Positions 1 to 14,409 are shown, counted from the first letter of the stretch. The stretch is 64,000 nucleotides of DNA from Octopus sinensis (GCF_006345805.1 NC_043005.1:48050001-48114000), one strand, 5' to 3'. Numbers and translations: made by a program. The notes: generated by a model from the letters alone, not told the origin.

Positions 1-1050
1 TCCTCTTTCTATAGGCTACCTCTAACACTATATCATATAACATTTTTTCAAACAATACTAATAGCGTTCAGTTAATCACTATACATATCCATCATTTTCT
101 GTTAAAATGTCTTATTGACAAATTTCATTTCTTCACTCTGATTGGTTACATTTAACCCACCAATGATTCTTACCACGATCATGATCATGGGCTTCTTTTA
201 TATTAGTAAAATTCTTCCTAAAAGGAAGGGGATTATTTCTGACAAAGTAACAAAGCTCTCTCACCGGAATGAACGTAACAACAATGATACATGTTACAAG
301 TTCAAATTTTGACTCTTCCACACACAGACTGTATTTGTAAAATGCATGTTAGCTGATTGCTTTCTTTGCTCGAAAATCCTATCTTTTCCTGATTGACACT
401 TGAACATTCACTAACAAAGCCAAATATACATGTACATATGTTAGCTGTTGGTGATTCATTCTGTCGTTACACAAAGTTTCATTCGTGTAATTTATACTTG
501 TGATCAATAGATGTGTTGGAAATCAACTTCGCACCTTGTACGGGTTTGTTGATTGATCCTGTGTATAATTTTGTTCACTGTAGGGAGATGTGTGTGTATA
601 TGTGTGCATCTGTGTGCATTTGTGTGTGTGTATGCATATGCATGTGTGCATGCATGTGTGTGTGTGTAGGAGTATGTGTGTGAGTGTGTGAGAATAAGCA
701 TATATGTGTCTGCATATCAATACACACATGTGCGCATGCACACACACACACATATCCAAAAATTAGGGAATGAAGTAGATAAAATCCAGGCTACATATGT
801 TTCATAGCTAGTGGAACCTCGGAAGTACTAATTATCCAAATGCAGGGTAGACCACAAGCTACTCTTCAGACCAATGATACCTTGATTATTTGAAATTTAC
901 ATTGTCAATGGAGATCCCAGAGTTTGGCACAATCCTGTGGCTTACCAACTCCTATCAAACCATCCAACACATACCAGATTGGAAGACAAACATTAAGTGA
1001 AGATGATAATAACATATATATATATAGATAGATATATATATATATATATA

Positions 1051-1320
1051 TAGGGAGAATTCACAAAAAAAAAAACAAAAGATCAAGACAGGTGGTGTAG
1101 ACAACAAACAGATGTATTAGTATAACACTTGGGAAGTGAAAAAGTCTTCAACGTTTTGAGCCTACACTCTTCCACAGAAAGGAACACAGAAAGAAACAGG
1201 GAGAGAAAATTTTTTAAATGTGTGGTGGCTAGCGGTCTATCATGGTGAAGGCCGGACAGAAGGGTCACACAGGAGAGCTAGGAAGAAGCAGAGATAACAA
1301 GGTGGTGGTGATCCCAAAAC
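1051..1320 (-). mobile_element. Penelope-like terminal fragment with a decayed hammerhead core
   Basis: Minus strand CTGTGGAAGAGTGTAGGCTCAAAACGTT parallels the 36661-36695 motif but has core mutations. Directly abuts (AT)n. Confidence 0.5.
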
Positions 1321-1543
1321 AAAAGTGCACGTGCGTGTGTATAAGAAAGTTTGTATGTGCATGTGGAAGAGGGCTGGTGATCTTGACGTGTGTGTGTGTG
1401 TATGTCTAGGTGTGAAAATGTGTGTCTGGGAAATGGTCAGTGCTGATGTGTTTGTGGTCGTGTGTTGTGATGTGATGTGTTGTGTGGTATGGTGGTGTGG
1501 TGTGATGGTGTTGGGATGTGGGGGAGGCAGGAGTAGGGAAAGC

Positions 1544-1575
<32 letters not shown>

Positions 1576-4500
1576 ATATAATCTCAGTGAACACAGTGAA
1601 GCATTAAATTAGAATCACCATTGTGTATCATTCTAAACTAAATGTATATACACAGTTGAAAGGCATGATGCTATAGATTTTATCTAAGAGAAAATCACTC
1701 CATACATATGTTGTGTTAAAAATTCAATTTATATCAATGCAGAATGAACACCATCACAGCAATGATTTATGAGAAAAACAGACTCATTAATTTATTATTC
1801 CTTCTTGGTGGACAGTGATCTGGCAGAATCATTAGCATGCCAGGCAAAATGTTTGGTAGCATTTCACCTGTCTTTATGTTCTGAGTTCAAATTCCACCAC
1901 GGTTGACGTTACCATTCATCCTTTTGGGGTCAATAAAATAAGTACCAGCTGAGCACTGGGGACGATATAATCAACTTACACTTCCAACAAAATTGCTGAC
2001 CTTGTGCTAAAATTTGAAATCAATATATTATTCCCTACCTACTAAATATAGAAGCATGAATTCCATCTTAGCAAATGACAAATGGGCGCACAGCATTGAA
2101 ATGTTCTAAGACAGACAAAAGGCATCTACCTTTCAAAGGTGTATATACACACACACACACACACACATACACACATATATAAATGGAGTTTAACACAGGT
2201 ATAATTCAAATACTTTTACTTCCCAGACATGTTTCGAAGATGTCAAAAAACAAGGAGTTATAATCTCTTTACTTGTGTGATTTTTTGCTACCTTGGTAAT
2301 TTTTTATCTATTTTTCCTGTGATAATTGTTAACAAGGGAAAAAATACACTCATCTATTTATATATATATATATTAGTTTTTCTTGTCTCTTAAATTTCCC
2401 TTGTAAATCCAAGAATGAAGTAGACGACACTTTGATGAGTTACCACACAGTGGAATCAAACTAAGAACCATGTGGTTATTTAACAAACTTTTCAATTATG
2501 TTCTAGCCTAACATATACACATAATACAGATGTATATATATGTCACAGAATCTCCCAAAACTAGATACCATTATCTAAGCTTAATTAATTATATTATCTA
2601 CGAAGAAAACCAAACAATACCAATGTAAGGGATCTCCTCTGAGTAAGAATCCACAAACTCTTTCCACTTTAGAAGAATGAAGGACAAATCAGAATAATGA
2701 GGTTAAGACATAAGAAATTCACAATCATGCAAAACAAATGTATATTTCCATCATCAGCTGCCAAGTAGATATCATTATTGTTTTTATATCTAGATATTTT
2801 ATATCTAGACATTTATTCCAGTGGCGTCAACAGCATTAAAAATACAAACACTGTCTGGGAATCAACCATCTTATTACCACAAATAAGAAGATGGGAGTAA
2901 ACAAATAGAGATAACTTATAGCTACAAAATAGTATTTATAACAAAGAACTTATTCCAAAAAGGATATTTTGACAACGTACCAAACATAGACTACTAGATA
3001 TGTTGTTTCTCAATCAACATTGCATCATGAACATGATATCACATCCAAAACAAGCCTAATAAAGATTAGTGGAACTGTATATCTCATAAACAACATGCTT
3101 GAACAACATACAAAGGAAAGGGACTATCTTAAATCAATATCTATGAAACAATTTCCATAGCAGAAAGGAAGATAAACACAAGTAGGCTGCATGCATATAT
3201 TTACATGGAATACAAAATATAGAGAAGGGAAAAACGAAATAAAGTAAACAATAGAAACTACATTAAAGTCTTATCTTGACAGCTGTTTCAGGACCACAAA
3301 GGCATATGCTATAACCTTGTTTCTACATAATAAAGACCCATAATGTTGCAGGTGTATATAATAGCAAAAGTTCCTGCATTTTATTTTGTTAAATTATAAA
3401 ATACTGAAATGGATGGTGACAAAAATATTGTCATGTAACCTAGAAACTAATTCTATCATCGGTTGTTGTTTTTATTTTCTTTATCCCCAGGTGAGCACTG
3501 ATTAGTGCACTGATGATGAAAACATTCCAACCATAGCCATCCCATATTTCAGTGGTATCTAGGACTACCATTATTGATTCCTTTACTAATTTAAGACCAA
3601 TGGATGGGACTGGAGAGAGAGATTTGACTTTTCTTTTTTAGCTGATCGAGAGACTGACTGACTACAGAGAGGTATTTTGGTTGGCAATTTGCATCAAATG
3701 TTGACACAGATGGTGTTATAAGAAGCCATGAAGAGTTCCTATATGAGACATATTTCATGTGATTTCTCTGGCCAAAATTTTCACCAGAAGTGTTAGGAAG
3801 TGAGGTTCAGTAAACTATGCTTTCTCTGATTAGCTTTAATTGATAAGAATGAACTTATTACGCGGACGTCATAAGCTCTGCATTCTCCCTTCCTTGGAAA
3901 TTATCTTGATTTGACTTGCTCTCTAACACTCCCTGTGGAGAATTCTGGATGACAATTCTAATGTCTAATGCCTAAAATCCTAATGATGCATTTCCAGTGT
4001 CTCTAATTGGTATGTCTTGACTATCATTATATTGACGCCTTGGTAAAAATCTCTTCTTTCTCTCTCTCTCTCTTTCTTTCTCTCTCTATCTCTTTCCCTC
4101 TCTCTCTTTCTCTTTCTTTCTCTCTCAGACATTGAGGAAATGTTAGAATTGGCAGAGAAAATGATGTCGTAACAATTAATTCGAGAAAATCATGATATTA
4201 GCCTTGCACCCATCTTGAATAGTAATTACGGTGCCAATCGGAAAGGTTTGCCAATGAAAACAGATTTGTATTTGGAGCACAATATTGACACAAAGAATTT
4301 TAACAAGATTAACTTGATAAAGGAAAAAAGTAATTTCAGTCAATATGACCCGTATATGTTACTTCTTGTGTACATCATGTGTGTGCACATGAATGGGTGA
4401 CTGTTTACACGCATGTATATAAATGTATGCATGTGGATATATGCATTTATGGAAGGATGGATGGATGGAGGTTGCAGAAACAGTGTAGCCCTCTGGGTTG

Positions 4501-5278
4501 AGTATTGGACAATTGGTTCATGAGTTGGTGAGTTCAAATGTACTGCAGGTCTGTTATTCTGTCTCTGGTTTGGATATTAATATATTTTATAAGACCTTAA
4601 GTTCATTTGACAACCATGTAACTGTCAGGGTTCTATCCCACAGTGCAGTACATTTAGCATGGATCATTTTTCACAGCCTTGAGGGAAGCAATGTCTTTAG
4701 AGCTAGTTTTGTTTGACGGTAACTACCGGAGCCCTATGCACACACACACACTTGTGTGTGGTTATTCATTTAATGTTTAGCTTTCACTCTGCTATGCCAA
4801 TGAAGAGACTGTATAACCTCAACTTTTATAAATTGATAAATTCTAAAACTTACATTGAATACTTTTCTCTCTCATTTGTATGTCTAACAACTGATAGATG
4901 TGTAGCAAAACAGAAAATTGGATATTTTATTCTGTTTTTTTTTTTTTTGTATTATTTATTCACCATTACACGTTTTTCATTTGCTGATAGGAATTACAAA
5001 GTTTTACATGCTAGAGAGACATGCAGGGAATTCCGATTAGAAATTCGTCTGACAGAGAAATTTATATATGTGTGTATGTGTGTCTGTACTTCTGTATGTG
5101 TGTGTGCACGCATGTGTGTGTACATACATGTGCATGTGTGCGTACGTATACAAACACAAACACAAAGTTGACATTATAAGAATTTATACCCTCTCACAAG
5201 AACATAAAACAATTCTTTTTTTGGAACAAAGAACTATAAGCACATAAAACTATAAGCAAATAGAACTATAAATAATCA

Positions 5279-5492
5279 TTTCTACTATAGGCACAAAGGC
5301 CTGAAATTTGGGGGAGGGGGTCTAGTCAATTACATCAACCCCAGTACCCAACTGGTACTTAATTTATCAACCCTGAAAGGATGAAAGACAAAGTTGACCT
5401 TGGCAGAATTTGAACTCAGAGCATTGCTGCAGACGAATTACTGCTAAGCATTTTGCCTGGTATACTATTGATTCTGCCAGCTTGCCACCTTA
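5279..5492 (-). mobile_element. SINE family A
   Basis: Reverse complement of the family A consensus; inverted relative to the copy at 5609-5803. Confidence 0.85.
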
Positions 5493-5608
5493 AATAGAAC
5501 TATAAATAATAGCATGTAAAAAAACGCCCATGGGCAGCCTTTCACTTTTATAAACATAATACAAATACATATTATATAATCCTGACCATTATTATTATTA
5601 TCTATTAT

Positions 5609-5803
5609 AAGGTGGCAAGCTGACAGAATTGTTAGCATGCAGGGCAAAATGCTTAGTAGAATTTTGTCTGTCTTTATGTTCTAAGTTCAAATTCTGCTGA
5701 GGTCAACTTTGTCTTACATCTATCAGGGGTCAATGAAGTAAATTCTAGTCAAGTACTGGGGTTGATGTAAATCCACTTAACCCCTCCCCCAAAATCTGAA
5801 ACC
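5609..5803 (+). mobile_element. SINE family A
   Basis: AAGGTGGCAAGCTGACAGAATTGTTAGC head and AAGTTCAAATTC B-box-like motif. Confidence 0.85.
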
Positions 5804-5959
5804 ATCACTAGCATGGTCATAATGATCATAATGGTCATCATCGTAATCATCATCATCATCATTAGTGTGTTCATTCTTGTTATCATTGCCAAAGTACGAG
5901 TATGAAGTGTGATGCTGCATGGTTGGGAGACATTAGAAGGGAAAATGAATTATATATAT

Positions 5960-6392
5960 GGAGTAGGAGTGGCTGTGTGGTAAGTAGCTTGCTTACCAAC
6001 CACATGATTCCAGGTTCAGTCCCACTACATGGAACCTTGGGCAAGTGTCTTCTACTGTAGCCTCGGGCCGACCAAAAGCCTTGTGAGTGGATTTGGTAGA
6101 TGGAAACTGACAGAAGCCCGTGTATATATATATATATATATATATATAAATATATATGTGTGTGTGTGTATATGTTTGTGTGTCTGTGTTTGTTCCCCCA
6201 ATATTGCTTGACAACCGATGCTGGTGTGTTTACGTCCCCGTAACTCAGCGGTTTGGCAAAAAGAGATCGATAGAATAAGTACTAGGCTTACAAAGTATAA
6301 GTCCTGGGCTCGATTTGCTCGACCAAAGGCGGTGCTCCAGCATGGCTACAGTCACATGACTGAAATAAATAAAAGGGTAAAAGAGTAAAGAG
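5960..6392 (+). mobile_element. SINE family B (tRNA head, CORE-like domain, internal (AT)n(GT)n, tail)
   Basis: GGAGTGGCTGTGTGGTAAG A-box, GGTTCAGTCCC B-box, CCTTGGGCAAGTGTCTT CORE-like motif, microsatellite, and tail ending GACTGAAA..AAAAGAGT. Other copies near 14896/15317-15732+, 20290-20555-, 38591-39043-, 43005-43442-, 48533-49140+, 51645-52085+, 60296-60852+. Confidence 0.85.
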
Positions 6393-6789
6393 AGTTTAAA
6401 GAAAAATTGCTTTGGACAGAATTTGTTGGATATGCAATGTTTTCTTCAATGTAAGACAAAGCATAAGTGAGTTTAAACATGGATCTAACAACATCTTTCG
6501 ATGTATCAAGAAATACTTGTGTGATGCAATGAATGAATAGTACTGGGTGAAGAAACATTCTGAAGGCTGTCATTAGAAAATACCTCCGTATGGCAAAAGA
6601 AGATAGTGAGAGACATTGAATGAAGTGCTTTGAGTAATGAAGGGCTGAGAAATATAAAGTCTCAGTATTTTTATGGTTTTCTTGCAAGATGATGAATGAT
6701 CGATCATACCAAGTACCAATATGGGTTTGTGAAAAAACCCATCCAATCCACACCGGCATTGAAATAAATCTAATTAAAAAGATCAGTTG

Positions 6790-6818
6790 AAGATGATGAT
6801 GATGATGGTGACGAGGAA

Positions 6819-6855
<37 letters not shown>

Positions 6856-7190
6856 ATCAGCCATATCACAACCAACAATCTGCCACCACTACCACCACCA
6901 CCACGACGTCTGCTGTCATCATCATCATCATCATTCACCTTTAGCATCATCACACTAGTGATATCCATGCCAACTAACAATAATATCACGATCAACATCA
7001 TCATCTTTATCATCACTATAATCACCATTCTCAGTCACCAAAGCAGTAGTCACTAATTCAATAAAATTCGTGATGATAATGATATTGACAATAACAATAA
7101 TAATGATAATGAAAATCATGATCATCATCATAGCTATAACTATCATCACTAGGACCACTACTAATAATATCACTATTATCACTGCTGCTG
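6790..7190. repeat. Compound (GAT)n/(CAT)n/(CAC)n/(AAT)n low-complexity tract
   Basis: Direct reading; it produces the poly-M/poly-H/poly-I ORFs. Confidence 0.95.
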
Positions 7191-7594
7191 CTATTCACTT
7201 TCATTCTCTCTGATCATAAATGCTTTTACATGTCATGTCATCAGTCATAAGTAATCAGAGCAACCAAAGTAACGAAGGCTCACAAAATTACCATTTCCAG
7301 AGAATTTTTCCTTCAACTGAATTCATAGAGAAAGAAAGCATCGATAAAAAGAAAGCATAAAATATCTCAACTAATACTCTGCAAGTCAGCCATGAAAAAC
7401 AATGGCAACATTGTTTGCGAAAACACACTTCTAGAATGCCGCATCATATCTTAGCAAGACAAAAGGCACAAGAGAATGAGTAGGATTTTTATAGCTCTTT
7501 TTCTGTTAGCAGTGACCAATGAAAAGCTGAGGGTTAAAGTCATTTGCTGTGGCCTTTGTACACCCGACTGACCGACTGTAAAGCTATGTGACAG

Positions 7595-7851
7595 ATATGA
7601 ATCATTTATTGCTAAATAAAAGCGGATTAAGAAATGCTTACAATAGAATCACTGAAGCTGATTTGCCTCTCAAAGGAAATGTCGGGAGTGAAGCTGATCC
7701 CACACATGGCCAAACACTGGATTACATTGTATATCCCTCACGGATCAACAAACAGTTAGCCATCAGTTTTCCGATCAGATCTCCTATTCCCATGGATGCT
7801 GGATTATTATCAAACTTTCTGATCTCCGATAATCAAGAAGGCCGCACTTGA
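7595..7851 (+). pseudogene. Possible decayed LINE apurinic-type endonuclease fragment
   Basis: Non-repetitive ORF containing DPTHGQTLDYIVYP, resembling the PT..G..LD(Y/L)I motif of APE domains. The SDH motif is not preserved. Confidence 0.3.
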
Positions 7852-8993
7852 ATGGAAAAGAATATTTGGTTATAATTTGTCACTATTGTCCAGTTATTAA
7901 GGTGTTTCACCTGTTATGTTTCTCGGGGGTCTACTTTAAATGATATTTGATTCTTGCTAACAACTACTTCTTCTTCAACCAGTCTTTCTTCCTCTGTTTA
8001 AGACAATCAAATTCCAAACAGTTATTGGAAGACATACACATGACCCCTATTCATAGTCCAGTCAAGTGCATGCTATTTATTAATGATTGTGCTAAATAGT
8101 AACTATATTCGTCCCATTGGCAATCAACATTTCACTTTGAATATTACCCTTTATTATGCAAACACTTGATCTGGCATTCAAATGCTTTAGAAATACTGTT
8201 ACAAATCATAATTAGATGATCAAAGTAAAACAATGGAAGATTTGTTTTTGTAGTTAGATAATGCATCTCCACCAAATGCGGCTAATTTGTTAGACGAGCT
8301 CACATATATACAATGTTTCGTAGCTAAAATAGGTAACTGAATATTAACATGCATTACATAATTTTTATAATTAAACACATTTAGAGACATGTACAGCTTA
8401 ATTTCCAATGTCTACCTTAAGGGATAATATACATACATACTTGAGTTGCTAGTACAATGAATTAATGATCTTTGCCCTTTGACAAACCTCCATCCTCATC
8501 TCATAACGGTAATTTGCTAAACACTTCTAGATGTACATGTACACCTACTTTCACTTCAAAAATAAAGGTCACCTAAGAGTACAGTAAAAAAAGCTGGAGA
8601 TGCAAAAAGGAAGTAGCCAAAGAGAGAAAAGCCTGTGGGAGATGTGAAGAGAAAGTCTTTGATTGTTGTTGTTGTTATTGGCAGAATCTTTAGAATCTCA
8701 GAATAAAGGCTCTGCTGCATTTGTTCTGGCTCTCACCAAATTTAGTTTGAATCCTGCAGGGGTCACCTTTACTTTTCATTCCTCCTGGTTCCACAAAATA
8801 AAGTACCAGTTAAGTAGAGGGGTTGGTGCAATTGTCTAACCCTCTCCCTCTAAAATAACTGGCATTGTTCCAAAATTTGAGACCATTATTTGTCTTTTTT
8901 TATCATTTGTGTTGGATATATTGGAGCAAATTTTGTTTGACAGTAACTACTAGAATCCTCTGTGTGTGTGTGTGTGTGTGTTTATTCATTTAA

Positions 8994-9187
8994 ACCTTTA
9001 GAATTTAAACCAGCCATATCCAGCCAAAAGATTCAACCTATTTTATGTTCAAACTGGCCACTCACACCAACCTTACAATGTCATTCTAAAACTGAAATCC
9101 AAAAGCTACAAGATCATATATGATTAATTCAAAACAATGTGAATAAATAAGCATTATATTCAACAGAATAATCTGAATGCTAAAGGG
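8994..9187. mobile_element. piggyBac-type MITE (different family)
   Basis: TTAA|ACCTTTAGAATT ... GAATGCTAAAGGG|TTAA. Confidence 0.7.
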
Positions 9188-9688
9188 TTAATGTTTGGCT
9201 TTCACTCAGTTGTATGAATGAGGACATAGTGTAACTTCAACTTTGATAAGTTAATAGATTCTAAACCATGCATTGAATACTTTTCCCTTGATTAAATTCT
9301 GTTGAAAAAAATTTGCTTACTGTAATATGTTATCATTAAAACTTTAAATAAAGATTTCCTACTTCAGTGGGTGAAGAAGTGGACTGCCAAATTGTGCCCA
9401 ATATCATCTGATATTTTTTTTCATTTGTAATTATGATATCATTAACACCCACTATCAAATCCAGCAAAGAAATAGCACGAAAAACTTTTCATACCACTAC
9501 TGGCTCCAGGAGAGATCATTTGCAGAAAAGAACAATAACAACATCAACAATATTAACAGTGGTACTGACAGCAGGAAGGACAATGTTTCTAACCACTGAA
9601 GCAAAAAAAAACACCAGCAGCAATAACGAAAGCAACAGCAGCTACAACAATAACAACAGCAACAGCAACAATAAGAGCAGCAGCAACA

Positions 9689-10063
9689 GGAGGTGCAATG
9701 GCCCAGTGGTTAGGGCAGCAGACTCACGGTCGGAGGATCGTGGTTTCGATTCCAAGACTGGGCGTTGTGTGTGTTTATTGAGCGAAAACACCTAAAGCTC
9801 CACGAGGCTCCAGCAGGGGGTGGTGGCGACCCCTGTTGTACTCTTTCGCTCCAACTTTCTCTCACTCTTTCTTCCTGTTTCTTGTCCCCGACTTCCTATG
9901 CAACTGCTGAGCCTGAATGCGCATTCATCCATCAGTCGATGCTCTCAGTGTCGGGGATTGACCTGCTTTCTCTTCTGCGGGTCTTACGAATAGCAAAGGA
10001 CCATGTTTTGGACTTCTCCCACTACTGGGATGAAGACCGCTTCACTCAATAAACAAACAAACA
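9689..10063 (+). mobile_element. tRNA-derived SINE family C, tail 1
   Basis: A-box TGGCCCAGTGG, B-box GGTTTCGATTCC, central GAGCGAAAACACCTAAAGCTCCACGAGG domain, and a unique tail ending (CAAA)n. Confidence 0.85.
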
Positions 10064-12146
10064 AAGCAGCAGCAACAACAGCCATTCAAGAATTTGGACC
10101 TGGAGATCTCCATTTCCAGCGACTTCGAGGGCTACCTCCCAGTGGTGTCAGGCATCAACGAAGAGCCCTCGACTACAACAAGACGGACAGTGTTTTTTTT
10201 TTCCAAGGTCTGGGGTCTCCCACCCCTAAGCCCTAGACCATCACCTAATTGCCCTTACCTGTCTTAACAACAACAACAACATCAAGACTAATGACAACAC
10301 TAAAGTAAGTGGTGAGGGTGACTTCATGAGCAGGCACCCTTTTGCTGGTATCACGGTGGAGTCAGCTCAATATTTCAGACCTAGGTTTGAACAGCAAGAT
10401 TTCTTCAGACATCTGGAAGTTTTTCTTGGAATTTCCTGCTCTTTAAAGAAAGTAGGTGATAAGAACACCACACAGGATATACTTCTTTCTGGATTGTTTG
10501 GAGAGATGGCTGATTGTGAAGGAATATATAAAATCCTCATAAACCTGCTCAATCATTGCCAGCAGGCTGACAGGCACTGACTGGATTTCCTGCATGCACA
10601 AATTTGGACATGGACAAATGGGATTGAGTCATCAAGGTCTTATTTAAGCAGAGTACTCTGTAAGCCAGCAGATAGAGATAGCATAGGTTGCCTGCAAATC
10701 AAAGTGGTCAGCTACACTCACCACAAATTTATGCAATTAGTTTGAGCAACCTAGATAGGCTGTATTCATAAGTGCAGGAGTAAAATCTGCTTTGGTGGTG
10801 CAAACTCAGGTCCAAAATATTTTACAAACAAGATTAATTTTTTCAGCTTTATTATCAAAACATAGGTATAATAATAATAATAAGATTTTTAGGAGTATGT
10901 TCAAAGCATTTTCATTGTCCCCATCTAAAATTTTAAGGTGAGCACTCGCACCCTTGCACCTGCTGCTCCGAAGCCTATGACTGCGTAGATTATCTACAGT
11001 GATAGTCGCAACTTGTCAATGAGGAGGTAATTAAGAAAGACTTCACATCTGATGTGCTAGGAAGTAAGTTGTCACTAGAATGTTTCTTCAATAGATACAT
11101 GAAAATTACATTGTCAGAGTTAAAGGCATCTACTCTAAGACAAGAAGCAAAAAAAAAGCCATTTCATTGGCTTCGGTGGAAGAAGTATGACATAACAACG
11201 AAAGCGGAATTTGTCTTTTGATGAATTTGAATGGACAAATGCTACTCATTTCTAAGAAATGTGTTCAGCTTTCAAGCTGCAAAACAATCCGGGGTGAGTA
11301 GTAAGTAGACTGAAGACACTAGCAGAGTTTAGTACCTACATCAATGGCTTGCCACTGCACTCAGTAGAAGACATAGAGTATGGTGAAATGGTAATAACAA
11401 TAGCTGCAATATAGATGGCAGTGAGCTGGTATAAGAGAGATAATATTGCTAGTTCTTGGAGGTGTCATGCCTTTTATAAAAATATAAGTAGGCTGTGGTT
11501 CTAAACTGGAAACCTGTGCAAAATGGTTCTAATCTGGCTGAAGCCTCAATACAAGGGTATGGTTTTATATACAAAATACTCCTATCATTAAAATTGGTTT
11601 CATATTTTGGCACAAGGCTAGCAATTTTGAGGGAGGGGATAAGTCGATTACATTGACCCCTATGTTCAACTGGTACTCATTATATCAACCTTGAAAGGTT
11701 GAAATTCCTTTGCAGAATTTGAACTCAGAAATATTAAGGTGGACCAAATGCCACTAAGGTTTTTGCCTGGTATGCTAACGATTCTGCCAGCTTGCAGCCT
11801 TACTCCTGTCGCTAATAATATAACACACATCTTCATTATTGGAGTTTAATTTTACAATCTGTGAGATAGTAATTAATATTTCTTGAATTTTCACCTGTTC
11901 TCCTTTGGTTACAGCTGCATTATGTTTTAAATTTTGGCAATACCAGAGTTTGTGTGTCATATTCTTTTCCATATCACCTGCTGTTAAAGGTGAGATGGAT
12001 ATATATATTATTTTAAATGCACCATTCTGTTAGAAACTTGTTTCCATGTCTAGGGAGAGGATATATAGTATATGCATATTTATTTTAATGTATGTACATT
12101 GATTTACCTTCCACCTGTCATCTTGTTTAAGGTATATATATGTTTA

Positions 12147-12185
<39 letters not shown>

Positions 12186-12486
12186 TGCGTGAGTATGTGT
12201 GTTTGTTTATGTGTCTGTGTATATGAACTACATATGAGAAGAAACTGTTCACAATATCTAAAATAGTTTATATATATTTTGCTACGTAAAATGAGGCCAT
12301 TGTTACTTTAAAATTACCATAGACTTGTATAAACATGGCATATATAAATTATTTGATAATTGGAAGAAGGGAACTTCAACAGACATTAGTTTGGAATAAT
12401 CCTTGATCCACTTTCAAAGTTCGTGTTTAAAAATTTGGGTTAGTGTTTATAGAAGTGACTTGAATGTCTCTTTCAACTGTACTTAT

Positions 12487-12715
12487 TTCTTTACTACCCA
12501 CAGGGGGCTACACACAGAGAGGACAAACAAGGACAGACAAATGGATTAAGTCGATTATATCAACCCCAGTGCATAATGTACTTATTTAATTTGCCCCGAA
12601 AGGATGAAAGGCAAAGTCGACCTCGGCAGAATTTAAGCTCAGAATGTAGCAGCAGACGAAATACCGCTAAGCATTTTGCCCCAGCATGCTAACGTTTCTG
12701 CCAGCTCGCTGCCTT
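12487..12715 (-). mobile_element. SINE family A (GTCTGTCCTTGTTTGTCC tail variant)
   Basis: Well-preserved copy with the same tail as 48743-48975. Confidence 0.85.
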
Positions 12716-13456
12716 ATCTCTTTCAATTGTACCTTGAGAATGAAGTTATGTATTGAACAATACACAACTGTTTGCTGAACAAAAACAAATAAACACTTTC
12801 TCCAAATAAAGTGGAAATAAGAAATAGTGATCAGCAACAAAAATGCAGCAAGCTGTAGCAATGACCAAATATCAGTTCCAACACCCAAAGTAGAGTTACA
12901 CCAAAAGAAGGATTTTCCTACATGTAAGGCAAGAAAAAAATCCATCACTTTGTACAAGTTCTGCATTTGGATATGAAGCAAACCTTAATTCACTAAATTT
13001 TTTTTCCAAACATGCCTGAGTAAATATAATGGTAACTTTTGTGGCTTCAAAGTGTTTTAACTCCTATGTTCAGCAAAGCTGGTGTCTTTTAAAAAAGTGC
13101 CCTTGTTATATATAATTCCGTTTTATATATATCTAATAATTTTGCTTATACATCTTTAGCTTGCAGCTACTAATATTAATATCTCTCATAAGTACTAATG
13201 TTCTTTATTTATGTATATATATGTGTGTGTGTGTGTATATATGTGTGTGTATGTGTGTGTACAGGGTGCAATGGGTAAATTGTCACCATTTTATATTTTT
13301 ACTTTCTAGCAGACACATCGTTTGTCTTTGATTTATGAAGGGCATCCAGCAATAGAAATCATGCCACAACAGGCAGCTGGCATCTGGACAGCTCCCTGCT
13401 AGCCAGCTCCATGTCAAACTGGCCAACCCACGCCAGCATAGAAAATAGAAAAAATA

Positions 13457-13705
13457 AATGCGCCCTTTTAAAGCCTAGCCAGGCTCATGGGCCTGGTTTC
13501 CTGGTTTCTATGGTGTTTGTGTTCTCCAGCTGGACGGGACGCCAGTCCATTGCAGCGTTACTCATTTTTGCCAGCAGAGTGGACTGGAGCATTGTGAAAT
13601 GAAGCGTTTTGCTCAAGAATACAACACGTCACCCATTCCAGGAATCGAAACCACAACCTTACGATCATAAATGCTGACACCCTAACCACTAAGCCACATG
13701 ACTCC
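13457..13705 (-). mobile_element. tRNA/CORE SINE carrying tail 3, inserted into an RTE-tailed element
   Basis: Head plus TTGAGCAAAACGCTTCATTTCAC CORE-like domain plus tail 3. Decayed direct repeat of about 19 bp (ACGCCAGCATAGAAAATAG / ATGCCAACACGGAAAGTAG) on the two sides. Confidence 0.8.
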
Positions 13706-14244
13706 ATGCCAACACGGAAAGTAGACGTTAAACAATGATGACAATGATGATAAATGTAAAGGTGAAGAAATGCTGCTAAGCATTTCGTCTGGCATGCAAA
13801 TAATTTTGCCAGCCCAATGCTGGATGATCATGGTTAGAATGCCTTTGACTCTAGTTTTGCTCAATCAGAGCAGACTGGAAGTAATCAACAAAGCCAACAC
13901 CCAAGTACATGAATGAACAGAAGTAAGTTTGCTGATTCAATATTTTCTAAATATTCTATTTCTAACGCATAAATCAATGTCATCTGCTTTGTGGCGCTTT
14001 CTAATTAATGATGACTAGATAAGGAATATCTTTGAGATCTGATTTGAAGAACAAAACACTTTCTTGAAACTTTGCACTTGTTCATATGTATATGTGTATG
14101 CAACACTGCATGTATATGAGTTGTATTCTTGCATGTGTATGCACACATTCACACACATGTACACAAACACAATCACACATGTATTTAAATACGTGTGCAT
14201 ATGTGTGTGTGTGCATGCAAATGTATTGCATGTATGTATGTGTA

Positions 14245-14281
14245 ACTATATATATATAATATATATATATATATTATATAT

Positions 14282-14326
<45 letters not shown>

Positions 14327-14364
14327 TATGCAAACATACTTTTATTCATGTACATATATATATG

Positions 14365-14409
<45 letters not shown>

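Noticed and set aside
133-321. 62-aa minus-strand ORF near the window start
   Set aside because: No recognisable motif and too short to support a call.
4129-4353. Exon-like frame after a (CT)n tract (IEEMLELAEKMMS*QLIRE...)
   Set aside because: In-frame stop after 13 codons. The polypyrimidine tract is a microsatellite, and there is only a vague resemblance to decayed RT.
6352-6864. 170-aa minus-strand ORF, and a possible IYFNAGVDWMGFFTNPYWYL exon in another frame
   Set aside because: The ORF starts in a (CAT)n tract and ends in a SINE tail. No homology recognised, and a frame this long is near chance expectation for 64 kb. Not excluded without RNA data.
9689-9765. tRNA gene calls for SINE heads (also 15240-15316, 21370-21444, 44000-44075)
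   Set aside because: A and B boxes are present, but the cloverleaf is not intact and each head runs into a repeated SINE body.
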